Shown here: positions 1 to 10,707 of the stretch, piece after piece
Numbering within the stretch: position 1 is the first letter of the stretch
How the letters are laid out: each line of letters begins with the position of its first letter
Assembly (NCBI GenBank): GCA_045106895.1
Contig: JBGCFM010000152.1
Location: 1 to 15,422, forward strand
Source of the DNA: Polyangiales bacterium
Lineage (GTDB): Bacteria > Myxococcota_A > Polyangia > Polyangiales > Houyiibacteriaceae
Length of the DNA stretch: 15,422 nt
Direction: 5' to 3'
The notes under the pieces: model-generated
Told to the model about the DNA's origin: nothing
The model's database searches: none
The model's input: the letters and a program-made list of their open reading frames with translations, nothing else
Translations under genes and position numbers: made by a program

Positions 1-2195
1 CGGCGGCGTCGAAGGAGCACAAGTCCCAAGAGTGCCAGCATATAGCCCGCGCTCGGTGCGTCGCTATGAAGCGTACACAGAGCGCCGCCGGTCACGCCGC
101 TGTTTGAACCAGGCGGCGGAGGATTCGGGATGGTACCGCCATCGCCTGCGCCCGCGTCCGCGCCCATCGGTCCGCCGTCCGGCGCGCCGGCGTCGGGTCC
201 GGGACCCGCGTCAGGTCCCATCGGTGGGTCGGGGTCGAGGTAGTCCGGGACGCCGTCCATGTCGTCATCGCCACGTCCTTCGTCGGAGTCTGGGCGCCCG
301 TCTCCGTCCGAGTCCTCGTCGTGCCAGTTGAGGATCATATCGCCATCCACGTCATTTCCGTGGGCTGCGCCGTCCTCGACTTCGTTGCGCGTCGGGATGG
401 AGTCGTCGTCGTCGTCGGGGTCTTGGTAGTCCGGTCGTCCATCCCTGTCCGTGTCCGGGCAGGTTCCGCCGGTGCGAAGGTCTGGGCACTCGACGAGGTT
501 CGCGATGGTGTCCATGTCGTCGTCATCGCCAACACAGCGCGACTCCACGCATACGAGGTCGCCGGGGCAGTCGTCGTTTGTCAGACACATCTCGCACATG
601 GGTGGGGCTTCGCCGTTGCAGCGACCGCCCGCACACTCGGCGCCGCGGGGCAACGAAGTGAAGCGACACTCGCCACCGCTGCAGCTGTCCGTGGTGCAGT
701 CCACGCCGTCGTCGCAATGTGCGTCTTCATCACACGCGCAGGGCTCGGTCCCCGTGATGCACAACTCCTCGAAGTCCGTGCCCCCGCTCCCGTCGCAGTC
801 CGCTCCGCGGCCGACCACGCGTACCATCACGCTTGCGCTTCGGACGGTCTCGAGGCCGGTCCAGGTGTCCATGAGGTTGCCGTCGCCGCGACTTCCGGTG
901 AGGGATCCGGTCATGACGAAGTCGCCCCAACCGCGGGCGTTTCCAGGGGTGGCGACGCCGTGGGCAGCCGCTGCGTCCGAGTACGCGCCGGAGGAGAGGC
1001 CCCCGGTAGGGGAGAAGGTCTCGGGTAGGTCTCCGTTTGGCATTGTGAGAGGCGCGGCCGGAATGACCTCCTCGTCGTTCCAGAACATCGGCAGGGGAGT
1101 GCGCGCGAGGCTAGGCGCCACCTGGAACATTCGAAGGCCAGGGTAGGCGACCTCGATGTCTTCGGCGACGTAGTGGAACTCGCCCGCGTTGAGCTCGACG
1201 ATGCACGGGTACTCGCCCGCCATCACGTCTCCGCCCACGTCACTGCCGTCCCACACCAGCATGTTCGAGCCGATCGTCGCGTCACCGGCGAGGGCGAGGT
1301 CACCGTCTCCGGCGGCATCGAAGGTGCCATCATCGTTGAGGTCACAGATGAGCCGGTAGCGGCCCGGCATATTCGTCGTGAAGTTGAACTCCGCTTCGTT
1401 GCGCGAAGGTTCGACGACACCGCAGCCGCGGCCTTCGCCGGTGGCGGTAAAGGTAAGACCGGACACGCGTGGGTTCGGAATGCCGTAAGCCTCGACCTCG
1501 GGGTCCGGCAGGTTGAAGTAGATCGGGTATTCAGTCGCCACATCGCGTCCCTCGCGCGTACTGCGGTTTGGGTTCACTCCCGTGATGCCGGCGCTGTTCG
1601 CCGCGAGCTCCCAGCGCGCGAGGCCATGTACGCCTCCAACTTGAAGCTCCACGACGCCACTTCCAAAAGCTCCGATGGCGACGCGGGCGTAGACGCTGGC
1701 CCGTACCGCGCGGAACTGGCTTTGCGTGGAGGTGCTGTTGAACACCCAGCGATAGGCGAAGACTCGACCGTCTACGTGGGCCGGGTTTCCTTCGCTCGTG
1801 TCGCAGGCGCCCAACCTTGTGTCACACACGGAGATGTCCCAGCGACGCGTCGAGGTGACACCTCGCGACATGTTGACGAGGCGGTACGCGCCGACGCCGA
1901 AACCTGTGAGCGCTGTGCAGCGTCCGTCGGCGGGGACCGCCGAGGCGATGAGCATCTCGTCCGGGGTTTGAATGTCGAAGGTGACGGGGTCGCCGACGGA
2001 GTTGCGCGCCTCGACGCAGATCACCTCGTCGGCGGGATGAAGCACGTCCGCGAAGATGGCGTTGTCGGTGTCGACGAGACCGAGGCGCCCAGCGGCGCCG
2101 ACGGTGGGCATGAGCTCATCCGTACCCTCTGCCAGCACAGGTGCAGACGCGAATACAGCGAGAAAACAGGTCAAAACAACGCTAAGCCGAACCAT
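1..2195 (-). CDS. Secreted cell-surface protein: uncharacterised N-terminal region, Cys-rich repeats, thrombospondin type-3-like Ca-binding repeats, MYXO-CTERM-type anchor (3'-partial)
   Basis: Not in the ORF track; translated by hand. AGGAG RBS (2201-2205), ATG at 2195, no stop before the window edge. Signal peptide MVRLSVVLTCFLAVFASAPVLA-EG. Internal WDG..GEYPCIVELNAGEFHY Ig/FlgD-like stretch. Cys-rich segment CDDGVDCTTDSC..CLTNDDC. Repeats DTDRDGRPDYQDPDDDDD and DDDMDGVPDYLDPD. DAG/Pro-rich linker. Ends GGALC..AGYMLALLGLVLLRRR. Confidence 0.9.
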   Translation of the reverse strand, partial: MVRLSVVLTCFLAVFASAPVLAEGTDELMPTVGAAGRLGLVDTDNAIFADVLHPADEVICVEARNSVGDPVTFDIQTPDEMLIASAVPADGRCTALTGFGVGAYRLVNMSRGVTSTRRWDISVCDTRLGACDTSEGNPAHVDGRVFAYRWVFNSTSTQSQFRAVRASVYARVAIGAFGSGVVELQVGGVHGLARWELAANSAGITGVNPNRSTREGRDVATEYPIYFNLPDPEVEAYGIPNPRVSGLTFTATGEGRGCGVVEPSRNEAEFNFTTNMPGRYRLICDLNDDGTFDAAGDGDLALAGDATIGSNMLVWDGSDVGGDVMAGEYPCIVELNAGEFHYVAEDIEVAYPGLRMFQVAPSLARTPLPMFWNDEEVIPAAPLTMPNGDLPETFSPTGGLSSGAYSDAAAAHGVATPGNARGWGDFVMTGSLTGSRGDGNLMDTWTGLETVRSASVMVRVVGRGADCDGSGGTDFEELCITGTEPCACDEDAHCDDGVDCTTDSCSGGECRFTSLPRGAECAGGRCNGEAPPMCEMCLTNDDCPGDLVCVESRCVGDDDDMDTIANLVECPDLRTGGTCPDTDRDGRPDYQDPDDDDDSIPTRNEVEDGAAHGNDVDGDMILNWHDEDSDGDGRPDSDEGRGDDDMDGVPDYLDPDPPMGPDAGPGPDAGAPDGGPMGADAGAGDGGTIPNPPPPGSNSGVTGGALCTLHSDAPSAGYMLALLGLVLLRRR

Positions 2196-2439
2196 AAGAA
2201 CTCCTACTAACCCCAAAGCGAACGAAGGATTGCCCCCCAGCTGCGGGAGCCTAGATCACAAGTCGCGTCCGCGCCCGCGGACCCCAAGCGAAAGGAGTCA
2301 GGGCAACCTTGCTCTTCCGCCTGCGCCACGCAGCGGAGCCCTCAAACGTCAACAATCACGGGCGGATGCCGTGCAGAATCTCCCGGTGCGTCGGGTTTGC
2401 CAATCCCTCGGGCCTGCCACATGGTCGGCCAAGCCGCCT

Positions 2440-3705
2440 ATGAGCGAATCAGAAAAGCGGCGCTTTCCCGCCTCCACCGACGCTCGAGGGTTCGTTGTCT
2501 ACGCGGGGGTCCTTGCGTTTGCCGCCTACTTTTCGATGTACGCGTTTCGTAAACCCTTCGCCGCGGGTTTGTACGAAGGGAGCCTCTTCGGCGTCGAGGA
2601 GAAGACGGCGTTCGTCGTCGCGCAGATCGCGGGCTACACCCTCAGCAAGTTCATCGGCGTCCGCGTTCTCTCTGCACTCGCCGCGAGCAGGCTTCGCTTC
2701 ACGCTTCTTTTTACGGTCTTCGTCGCGTGGCTCGCGCTCCTCGCCTTCGCCGTGCTTCCTCCGGCCGGCGCGGCTCTCGCGCTCTTCTTCAACGGCTTAC
2801 CCCTCGGCCTGGTCTGGGGCCTCGTCGTTCGATACCTCGAAGGTCGCCGCCAGTCCGAGGCGCTCCTCGCGGGCATGAGCGCTTCGTTCATCGTCGCGAG
2901 CGGCGCCGTCAAAGACATCGGGCGCGAACTCCTCGCCCAGGGCGTCAGCGAAGAGTGGATGCCCGCCCTCGTCGGCGCGCTCTTTCTCCCCCTCTACGTC
3001 GGGGCTGTATTTCTCATCGACCGCCTTCCGCCGCCGAGTGAGCTGGACATCTCTCTCCGCAACGAACGTCGCGCGATGACACGGCAAGAGCGCGGGGACT
3101 TCCTGCGTCGCTACGCCGGCAGTCTGATACCCCTCTTTGCCATCTACTTCTGCCTCACCGCGTATCGCGACTTCCGTGACAACTACGGCGTCGAGATCTT
3201 TGAGGCCTTGGGATACCAAGAAGCTGCGCTCTTCACTCAGTCCGAGCTTCCCGTCGCGGTCCTGGTGTTGGTGGTTCTCGGCGCTCTCTACCGCGTACGC
3301 GATCGGCGCCGCGGACTCATCGCTGTCTACGCCGTCATGATGCTCGGCATGCTCGTCCTCATTCTCTCGCCAGTGCTGCGCGGGAGCGGTCTCATCAGCG
3401 GGATGACCTGGATGGTCTTGACGGGAGTAGGCTCCTATTTCGCCTACGTACCCTTCGGCGCCATGCTCTTCGAGCGCCTCGTCGCTATCTCCGGCGGCGC
3501 GGGCACAGCGGTATTTGCCATCTACATCGCCGATGCCCTCGGCTACACAGGCTCCATCGCCCTTCAGCTTGGGCGTGACCTCATCGCCCCGGACGTGACC
3601 CGCTTGGTCTTCTTCGAAGGTTTCACGTTGGCGTTGGGCGTCGGGGCGCTCCTTCTTTTCGCCGTCTCTCTATGCGTGCTTCTTCGTACCCGACGAACTT
3701 CGTGA
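2440..3705 (+). CDS. DUF5690 family multi-pass membrane protein (MFS-like transporter)
   Basis: Family-typical motifs YFSMYAFRKPF, QIAGYTLSKFIG, FFNGLPLGLVWG, YLEGRR, SGAVK, RDFRDNY, FERL and IYIADALGYTGS; many hydrophobic segments. Start moved to the ATG at 2440 because the longer ORF extension overlaps the divergent gene. Confidence 0.85.
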   Translation: MSESEKRRFPASTDARGFVVYAGVLAFAAYFSMYAFRKPFAAGLYEGSLFGVEEKTAFVVAQIAGYTLSKFIGVRVLSALAASRLRFTLLFTVFVAWLALLAFAVLPPAGAALALFFNGLPLGLVWGLVVRYLEGRRQSEALLAGMSASFIVASGAVKDIGRELLAQGVSEEWMPALVGALFLPLYVGAVFLIDRLPPPSELDISLRNERRAMTRQERGDFLRRYAGSLIPLFAIYFCLTAYRDFRDNYGVEIFEALGYQEAALFTQSELPVAVLVLVVLGALYRVRDRRRGLIAVYAVMMLGMLVLILSPVLRGSGLISGMTWMVLTGVGSYFAYVPFGAMLFERLVAISGGAGTAVFAIYIADALGYTGSIALQLGRDLIAPDVTRLVFFEGFTLALGVGALLLFAVSLCVLLRTRRTS

Positions 3706-3740
3706 TGGTGTTTGTGAGACGTTACAAGCACGCTTGTCCC

Positions 3741-4109
3741 ATGACTCGCACCGCTTCACCTCTCGCTTTGACTCTCCTCGTCGCGTGCGGCGCCACAACG
3801 GTGCCGGCTCCCGCCGGTGACTCCTGGAACCCAATGCCAGACTATGCGCCATTGGCGGCGGGCGACGTGGCATGCGCGAGCGATGATGAGTGCGGCGGCG
3901 AAGAGCGCTGCCTGCCGCCGGAGTCTCTGTGTTCTGAAGATGCGCCCGGCAGCACCCCTCTATGCCCCATTGGATCCACGGCGAACCAATGCGCCTACTG
4001 CTTGCTGGAGTGCGGTGAGGCCGCGGCTCCTTGCGAGCCTGGCTACCAATGTCACGGCGGGTTTTGCGTCAGCCCACTGCGCTGTGCTCTGCCAACCCCT
4101 GTTCCGTGA
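3741..4109 (+). CDS. Small Cys-rich lipoprotein, hypothetical
   Basis: Lipobox LLVAC after a hydrophobic stretch; CASDDECGGEERC and CEPGYQCHGGFC disulfide-rich motifs. An alternative coupled start at ATG 3705 overlaps the upstream TGA. Confidence 0.7.
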   Translation: MTRTASPLALTLLVACGATTVPAPAGDSWNPMPDYAPLAAGDVACASDDECGGEERCLPPESLCSEDAPGSTPLCPIGSTANQCAYCLLECGEAAAPCEPGYQCHGGFCVSPLRCALPTPVP

Positions 4110-4117
4110 GCTCTCCG

Positions 4118-4750
4118 CTAAGAAGAGCTTGAAACGTCCGCCCAAAGCGCGCGCTTCACCATCACGCGCTCGAAACGTTCCGACGCGAGCCAGGTGTCTA
4201 GCCAGCGAATGAGGGAATCGAGTTCCCATTCTGCGAGCTGCTTCACCTCGGAAAAGTGAAACTGCCGCACAAAGGGAAAGAGCGCGGCGTCCGCGAGGGT
4301 CGCGCGATCGCCACACAGCCACGGGGTTTGCGCGAGGGCATCGTCCAGCTGTTTTAGCTGCCCAAGGCACGCACGCCGCGTGGGCTCCCGGGTCTCCTCT
4401 GGATGGCGGTTGGCGTACTTATAGCGGTCGAGGTTCGGCTTGAAAGCGTCGCCCAACGCGATCCACGTCGCGATGGCAGCGTTCTCCTCGTCGTTTCTTC
4501 CACACCAGCTCTCCGGGTCGCTTTTCGAGAGCGCCCAACGCATGATGTCGAGGCTCTCGTCGATGACCTCTCCGCTCGGGAGCACGCAGACCGGCACAGT
4601 TCCCTTTGGTGAGTCTTCCAGCATCTTGGCGGGCTTCTCCCGCAAGAGGATCTCTCGGTACTCCACGTCTTGCCCACTCACATCGAGGGCGAGGCGCGCA
4701 CGGATGGCGAAGGGGCAGCGGCGGAACGTCCAAACGTAGGGCGGGCTCAC
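4118..4750 (-). CDS. Glutathione S-transferase family protein (omega-like, CP(F/Y)A motif)
   Basis: TFRRCPFAIRAR, SPKGTVPV, IDESLDIMRWAL, FKPNLDRYKY, LADAALFPFVRQF. The GTG start overlaps the trhO stop (GTGA, 4747-4750). Confidence 0.93.
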   Translation of the reverse strand: MSPPYVWTFRRCPFAIRARLALDVSGQDVEYREILLREKPAKMLEDSPKGTVPVCVLPSGEVIDESLDIMRWALSKSDPESWCGRNDEENAAIATWIALGDAFKPNLDRYKYANRHPEETREPTRRACLGQLKQLDDALAQTPWLCGDRATLADAALFPFVRQFHFSEVKQLAEWELDSLIRWLDTWLASERFERVMVKRALWADVSSSS

Positions 4751-5691
4751 GCAGGGATCTCTTGCGCAGTCCTCTCGGTGGACTGTTCGCGGGCCTGTCG
4801 TTCATGGGACTGCCGTTCGTGTGACAGGCGAATCTGTTTCATTCGTTCGCGCGCCGCAGAGATACGTTCAGGACTCCGCGTCTCGTGGCAGTGCCCGCAC
4901 ACGACGCCCTCTTCGTACGCCGGGTGTTTCATGTCCTCCACCGTCAACACAGCGCTGCATCCGCGGCAGCGCTCGAAGGTGCCGGGTTCAAGGTCGTGAT
5001 CGACGGTGACGCGCTCATCGAAGACGAAGCACTCGCCCTCCCAGGTCGAGTCCTTCTGCTCGACATCTTCGAGGTACTTCAGGATTCCGCCCTGCAGGTG
5101 GAAGACGTTCTCGAAGCCGCGGTCCAAGAGAAAGCTCGTCGCGACCTCGCAGCGAATGCCGCCGGTGCAGTACCTCGCGACGTGTTTATTCACCGCCGGG
5201 TCCAGCTGCTCTTGGACGAAGCGTGCGAAGTCATGGAAGGTCTCCGTCTTTGGGTCGACGGCACCTTCAAACTTACCGGCGTAGACTTCGTACCAGTTGC
5301 GAACATCGATCACTGTCACGTCATCCCGCGTGATGAGGGCGTTCCAGTCCGAGGGTTCGACATACGTCCCGACCTTGTCGCGGGGGTCCGCGCCTTCTTC
5401 GCGAAGTCCGAGGATCTCTTCCTTGTAGAACATGCGGAGCCGGCGAAAAGGCGCGCCCTGCCATGTGCTCCACTTGCGGTTGTCGATGGTGATCCCGGAC
5501 CAGGTCTCAATCTGAGTCAGGAACGCTTCCAGCGCCTCACGCTCTCCAGAGATCGTCGCGTTCACTCCCTGCGGGGAGTAGATCATGGTGCCCTGAATCC
5601 CCGTCGTCGACGCGAGCTCTTGGCCTTTGGCGAGTAGCCCCTTTGGGTCTTCGCAGTGAAAGAAGCGGTAGAAAGTGACGATGTTCGTCAT
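4747..5691 (-). CDS. trhO: Rhodanese-domain tRNA uridine(34) hydroxylase TrhO (YceA/UPF0176)
   Basis: N-terminal FYRF, VGTYVEPSDWN, IDVRNWYE, YCTGGIRCE, FHLQGGILKYLE, WEGECFVFDERV, and C-terminal CxxC pairs. Alternative GTG start at 5697. Confidence 0.9.
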   Translation of the reverse strand: MTNIVTFYRFFHCEDPKGLLAKGQELASTTGIQGTMIYSPQGVNATISGEREALEAFLTQIETWSGITIDNRKWSTWQGAPFRRLRMFYKEEILGLREEGADPRDKVGTYVEPSDWNALITRDDVTVIDVRNWYEVYAGKFEGAVDPKTETFHDFARFVQEQLDPAVNKHVARYCTGGIRCEVATSFLLDRGFENVFHLQGGILKYLEDVEQKDSTWEGECFVFDERVTVDHDLEPGTFERCRGCSAVLTVEDMKHPAYEEGVVCGHCHETRSPERISAARERMKQIRLSHERQSHERQAREQSTERTAQEIPA

Positions 5692-5951
5692 GGGCACACC
5701 ATGACGAAATCAGTCGCCTTCGCAAGCGCTTCGCTTCTGCTCATCACCCGAAACGATGCCCCATCCTGAGCGGCCACTTGGGGACGATATCGTCGTCAAA
5801 GCGCACGCGTTATCCTTCGGGCTCGGGGCGCTCTAAACGCAAATTTTGCTCGCCTGCGACGTGCAGTCACAGGTACTCCGAGACGCGACCCGCGGGGTTT
5901 GCGTTCTCGTTCCACGTATTCGACCCGCCATCCCTTGGCCCGATTCTTGGT

Positions 5952-6818
5952 ATGAGTATCGCCATGCAGCAGCGATATGAGTTCACGGAGGGTTCCTCTT
6001 CGAAGTTCTGGACGGTCTCCGTCCGTGGAAAAACGGTCGTCACCCAATGGGGCCGCATCGGTACGGAGGGCCAGAGTAAGAGCGTCGAGTGCGCGACTCC
6101 GGCCAAGGCACGCGAGGAAGCGGAGAAGGCTGGGGCCAAGAAGGCCAAGAAGGGATACAAGCCAGTCGTCGCTACGAAGAAAGCCGCCACGAAGAAAGCC
6201 GCCACGAAGAAAGCCGCCACGAAGAAAGCCGCGCCGAAGAAAGCCGCGCCGAAGAAAGCTGCCGCGCCGAAGAAAGCTGCCACGAAGAAAGCTGCCACGA
6301 AGAAAGCTGCCGTCCGTGTTGGCGAAGATCATCTCTTCGCAGACGTTCGCGACAACGAGTTCCGGCTTCCCAAACGTGGCGCGCTCCGTCTTGCTCATCC
6401 CGTCGACATGAGCGCCAAAGAGCGAGCCGGATGGGGAGACGTCTTCGCGGACTACGAGATCGGTCAGCCCTTCGAGCAAGTCGCGCGCTCTATCGAAAGC
6501 CCGCTCCCGCGAAACAAGAAAAGCGTCTCTACTTGGAACGGGAAGAAGGTCCACGGGGGCGTGCTGATGGGGCTGACCCGAAAGGGCTGGGAGCTGAACG
6601 TCGGGCCGGATGGTTTCGATTCGGTGTCCTGGCGTTGTCCGGCCACAAGCGGCGAGCCCATCGATGTCGTTCTCGACCTTGAAGACACCGTCTACATTCC
6701 CGAGGCGAACCAGGCCCGTCCGGCGATTCGCTCGCTCACATTTTCAAGGGCCGGGGCTGTGACGGAGCGCTCTGCCTTCGAAGTGGTCCACGCTATCGAG
6801 TCCGTCCTGCTTCGCTAA
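5952..6818 (+). CDS. WGR domain protein with Ala/Lys-rich histone-H1-like linker and DUF4132-like C-terminal segment
   Basis: RYEFTEGSSSKFW..TQWGRIGTEGQ..KAKKGY (WGR domain); AA(T/P)KK repeats; AHPVDM..WGDVFADYEIGQPFEQVAR resembles the end of DUF4132. Start at ATG 5952 or 5964. Confidence 0.85.
   Translation: MSIAMQQRYEFTEGSSSKFWTVSVRGKTVVTQWGRIGTEGQSKSVECATPAKAREEAEKAGAKKAKKGYKPVVATKKAATKKAATKKAATKKAAPKKAAPKKAAAPKKAATKKAATKKAAVRVGEDHLFADVRDNEFRLPKRGALRLAHPVDMSAKERAGWGDVFADYEIGQPFEQVARSIESPLPRNKKSVSTWNGKKVHGGVLMGLTRKGWELNVGPDGFDSVSWRCPATSGEPIDVVLDLEDTVYIPEANQARPAIRSLTFSRAGAVTERSAFEVVHAIESVLLR
6171..6311 (+). repeat. In-frame ~15-bp tandem repeat GC(C/T)GC(C/G)(A/C)CGAAGAAA encoding AA(T/P)KK, nine KK units
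   Basis: Directly visible: ATKK AATKK AATKK AATKK AAPKK AAPKK AAAPKK AATKK AATKK AA. Confidence 0.95.
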
Positions 6819-6835
6819 GGGGCTACGCTCACGCG

Positions 6836-7492
6836 CTAGCCGCCGGTGCAGCAGCGAAAACCTTGTCCATCGAAGGCGGCGTCGGGCGGCTGGAAGAGGT
6901 TGTGTTCATACTCGCATTTCGCCCGCGCGGGGTAGGATGCGAAGGAGCCGCCGCGCAGCTCGCGTAGGCTTCCGGTGGCATCGGCGGCGTCGATCCACTC
7001 GAGTACGTTGCCGCTGAGGTCGTGGACTCCGAGTGGACTCACGCAGCCCTCCGACGAGCCGCTCGGCGCGAGGGCACGAGTGCGCACATCGGTTCCGTTC
7101 GCCGCGGAATTGCAGCGGTCTTGTTCGTAGTCTGTTCCGTAGGGGTAGTCGTCTGCGCCGCACGCTGCGTTCCACTCGTCGCGCGTGCAGAGGCGGAAGC
7201 CTGCAGCGGTGCAGGCGCTCGCGGCGTCATTGAAGCTGAGTCCGTTCGACGGCAGCCGCCCTTCGGCGGACACGGCCCGCCCCTCGTCGACCTGCGCCTC
7301 GTGGCGATCCATGCACGTGCCCGTTGGCAGCTGAACCATACGAGCTGGACAGCCCGTCGCGCTCTCGGCTTCAGCCTCGGCCTCAGTCTCGGTTTCCTCG
7401 ATGAGGTCGGACGACGCCATCGCGTCTTCGGGAGCGTCGTTGCACGCTAACAAGAGGCCGAGCGCGGCCCAGCGAAGGATATTCAAGTTCAC
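6836..7492 (-). CDS. FGE-sulfatase / SUMF1-like (C-type lectin fold) lipoprotein
   Basis: Lipobox LLLAC; CMDRHEA, RLCTRDEWNAAC, YPYG, GVHDLSGNVLEW, LRGGSF and terminal GFRCC. Confidence 0.88.
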   Translation of the reverse strand: MNLNILRWAALGLLLACNDAPEDAMASSDLIEETETEAEAEAESATGCPARMVQLPTGTCMDRHEAQVDEGRAVSAEGRLPSNGLSFNDAASACTAAGFRLCTRDEWNAACGADDYPYGTDYEQDRCNSAANGTDVRTRALAPSGSSEGCVSPLGVHDLSGNVLEWIDAADATGSLRELRGGSFASYPARAKCEYEHNLFQPPDAAFDGQGFRCCTGG

Positions 7493-7548
7493 AACTCTTC
7501 CAGGGTCGAGGAATGCCGGGCGCCATGCGCCCGGCTCTCAGCAGTGGC

Positions 7549-10479
<2,931 letters not shown>

Positions 10480-10657
10480 ACGCCAATGATACGGCGACTT
10501 TGCACTCAGAGTGTAGAACAAACTCACCAGATGTTCTCCCAAGCGTGGGTCTGGTGTGCCGACCCACACGTTTCACCGTCGCGGCCCCCTCGGCCTTGAT
10601 CTTGTCGCTGCTTGGCGAGCCCGCCGCGCCGGTATGTGGATGTGCGCAGACGGAATG

Positions 10658-10688
10658 AAAAAAGCCACGCAGCCGAAGCTGCGTGGCT
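10658..10688 (-). terminator. Rho-independent terminator
   Basis: Minus strand AGCCACGCAGC-TTCG-GCTGCGTGGCT followed by TTTTT: a perfect 11-bp stem with a cUUCGg tetraloop and U tract, about 20 nt after the stop at 10708. Confidence 0.92.
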
Positions 10689-10707
10689 CTTCAAATGAAG
10701 CCTGATA

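Noticed and set aside
32..2210. Plus-strand ORFs 32-331, 321-1028, 451-1146 and 1173-2210
   Set aside because: Shadow frames of the real minus-strand gene <1..2195; long shadow ORFs are expected at this GC content.
2380..2402. c-di-GMP-I (GEMM) riboswitch or sigma54 promoter at minus-strand TGGCAAACCCGACGCACCGGG
   Set aside because: GGCAAACCCG..CGGG resembles the riboswitch start but lacks the GNRA loop and the following GACGCAAA and second stem. The GG-N10-GC spacing fits sigma54, but the TT before GC is missing.
2056..2439. N-terminal 128-aa extension of the DUF5690 ORF
   Set aside because: It overlaps the divergent gene's start and has a non-protein-like Arg/Pro/Ser composition.
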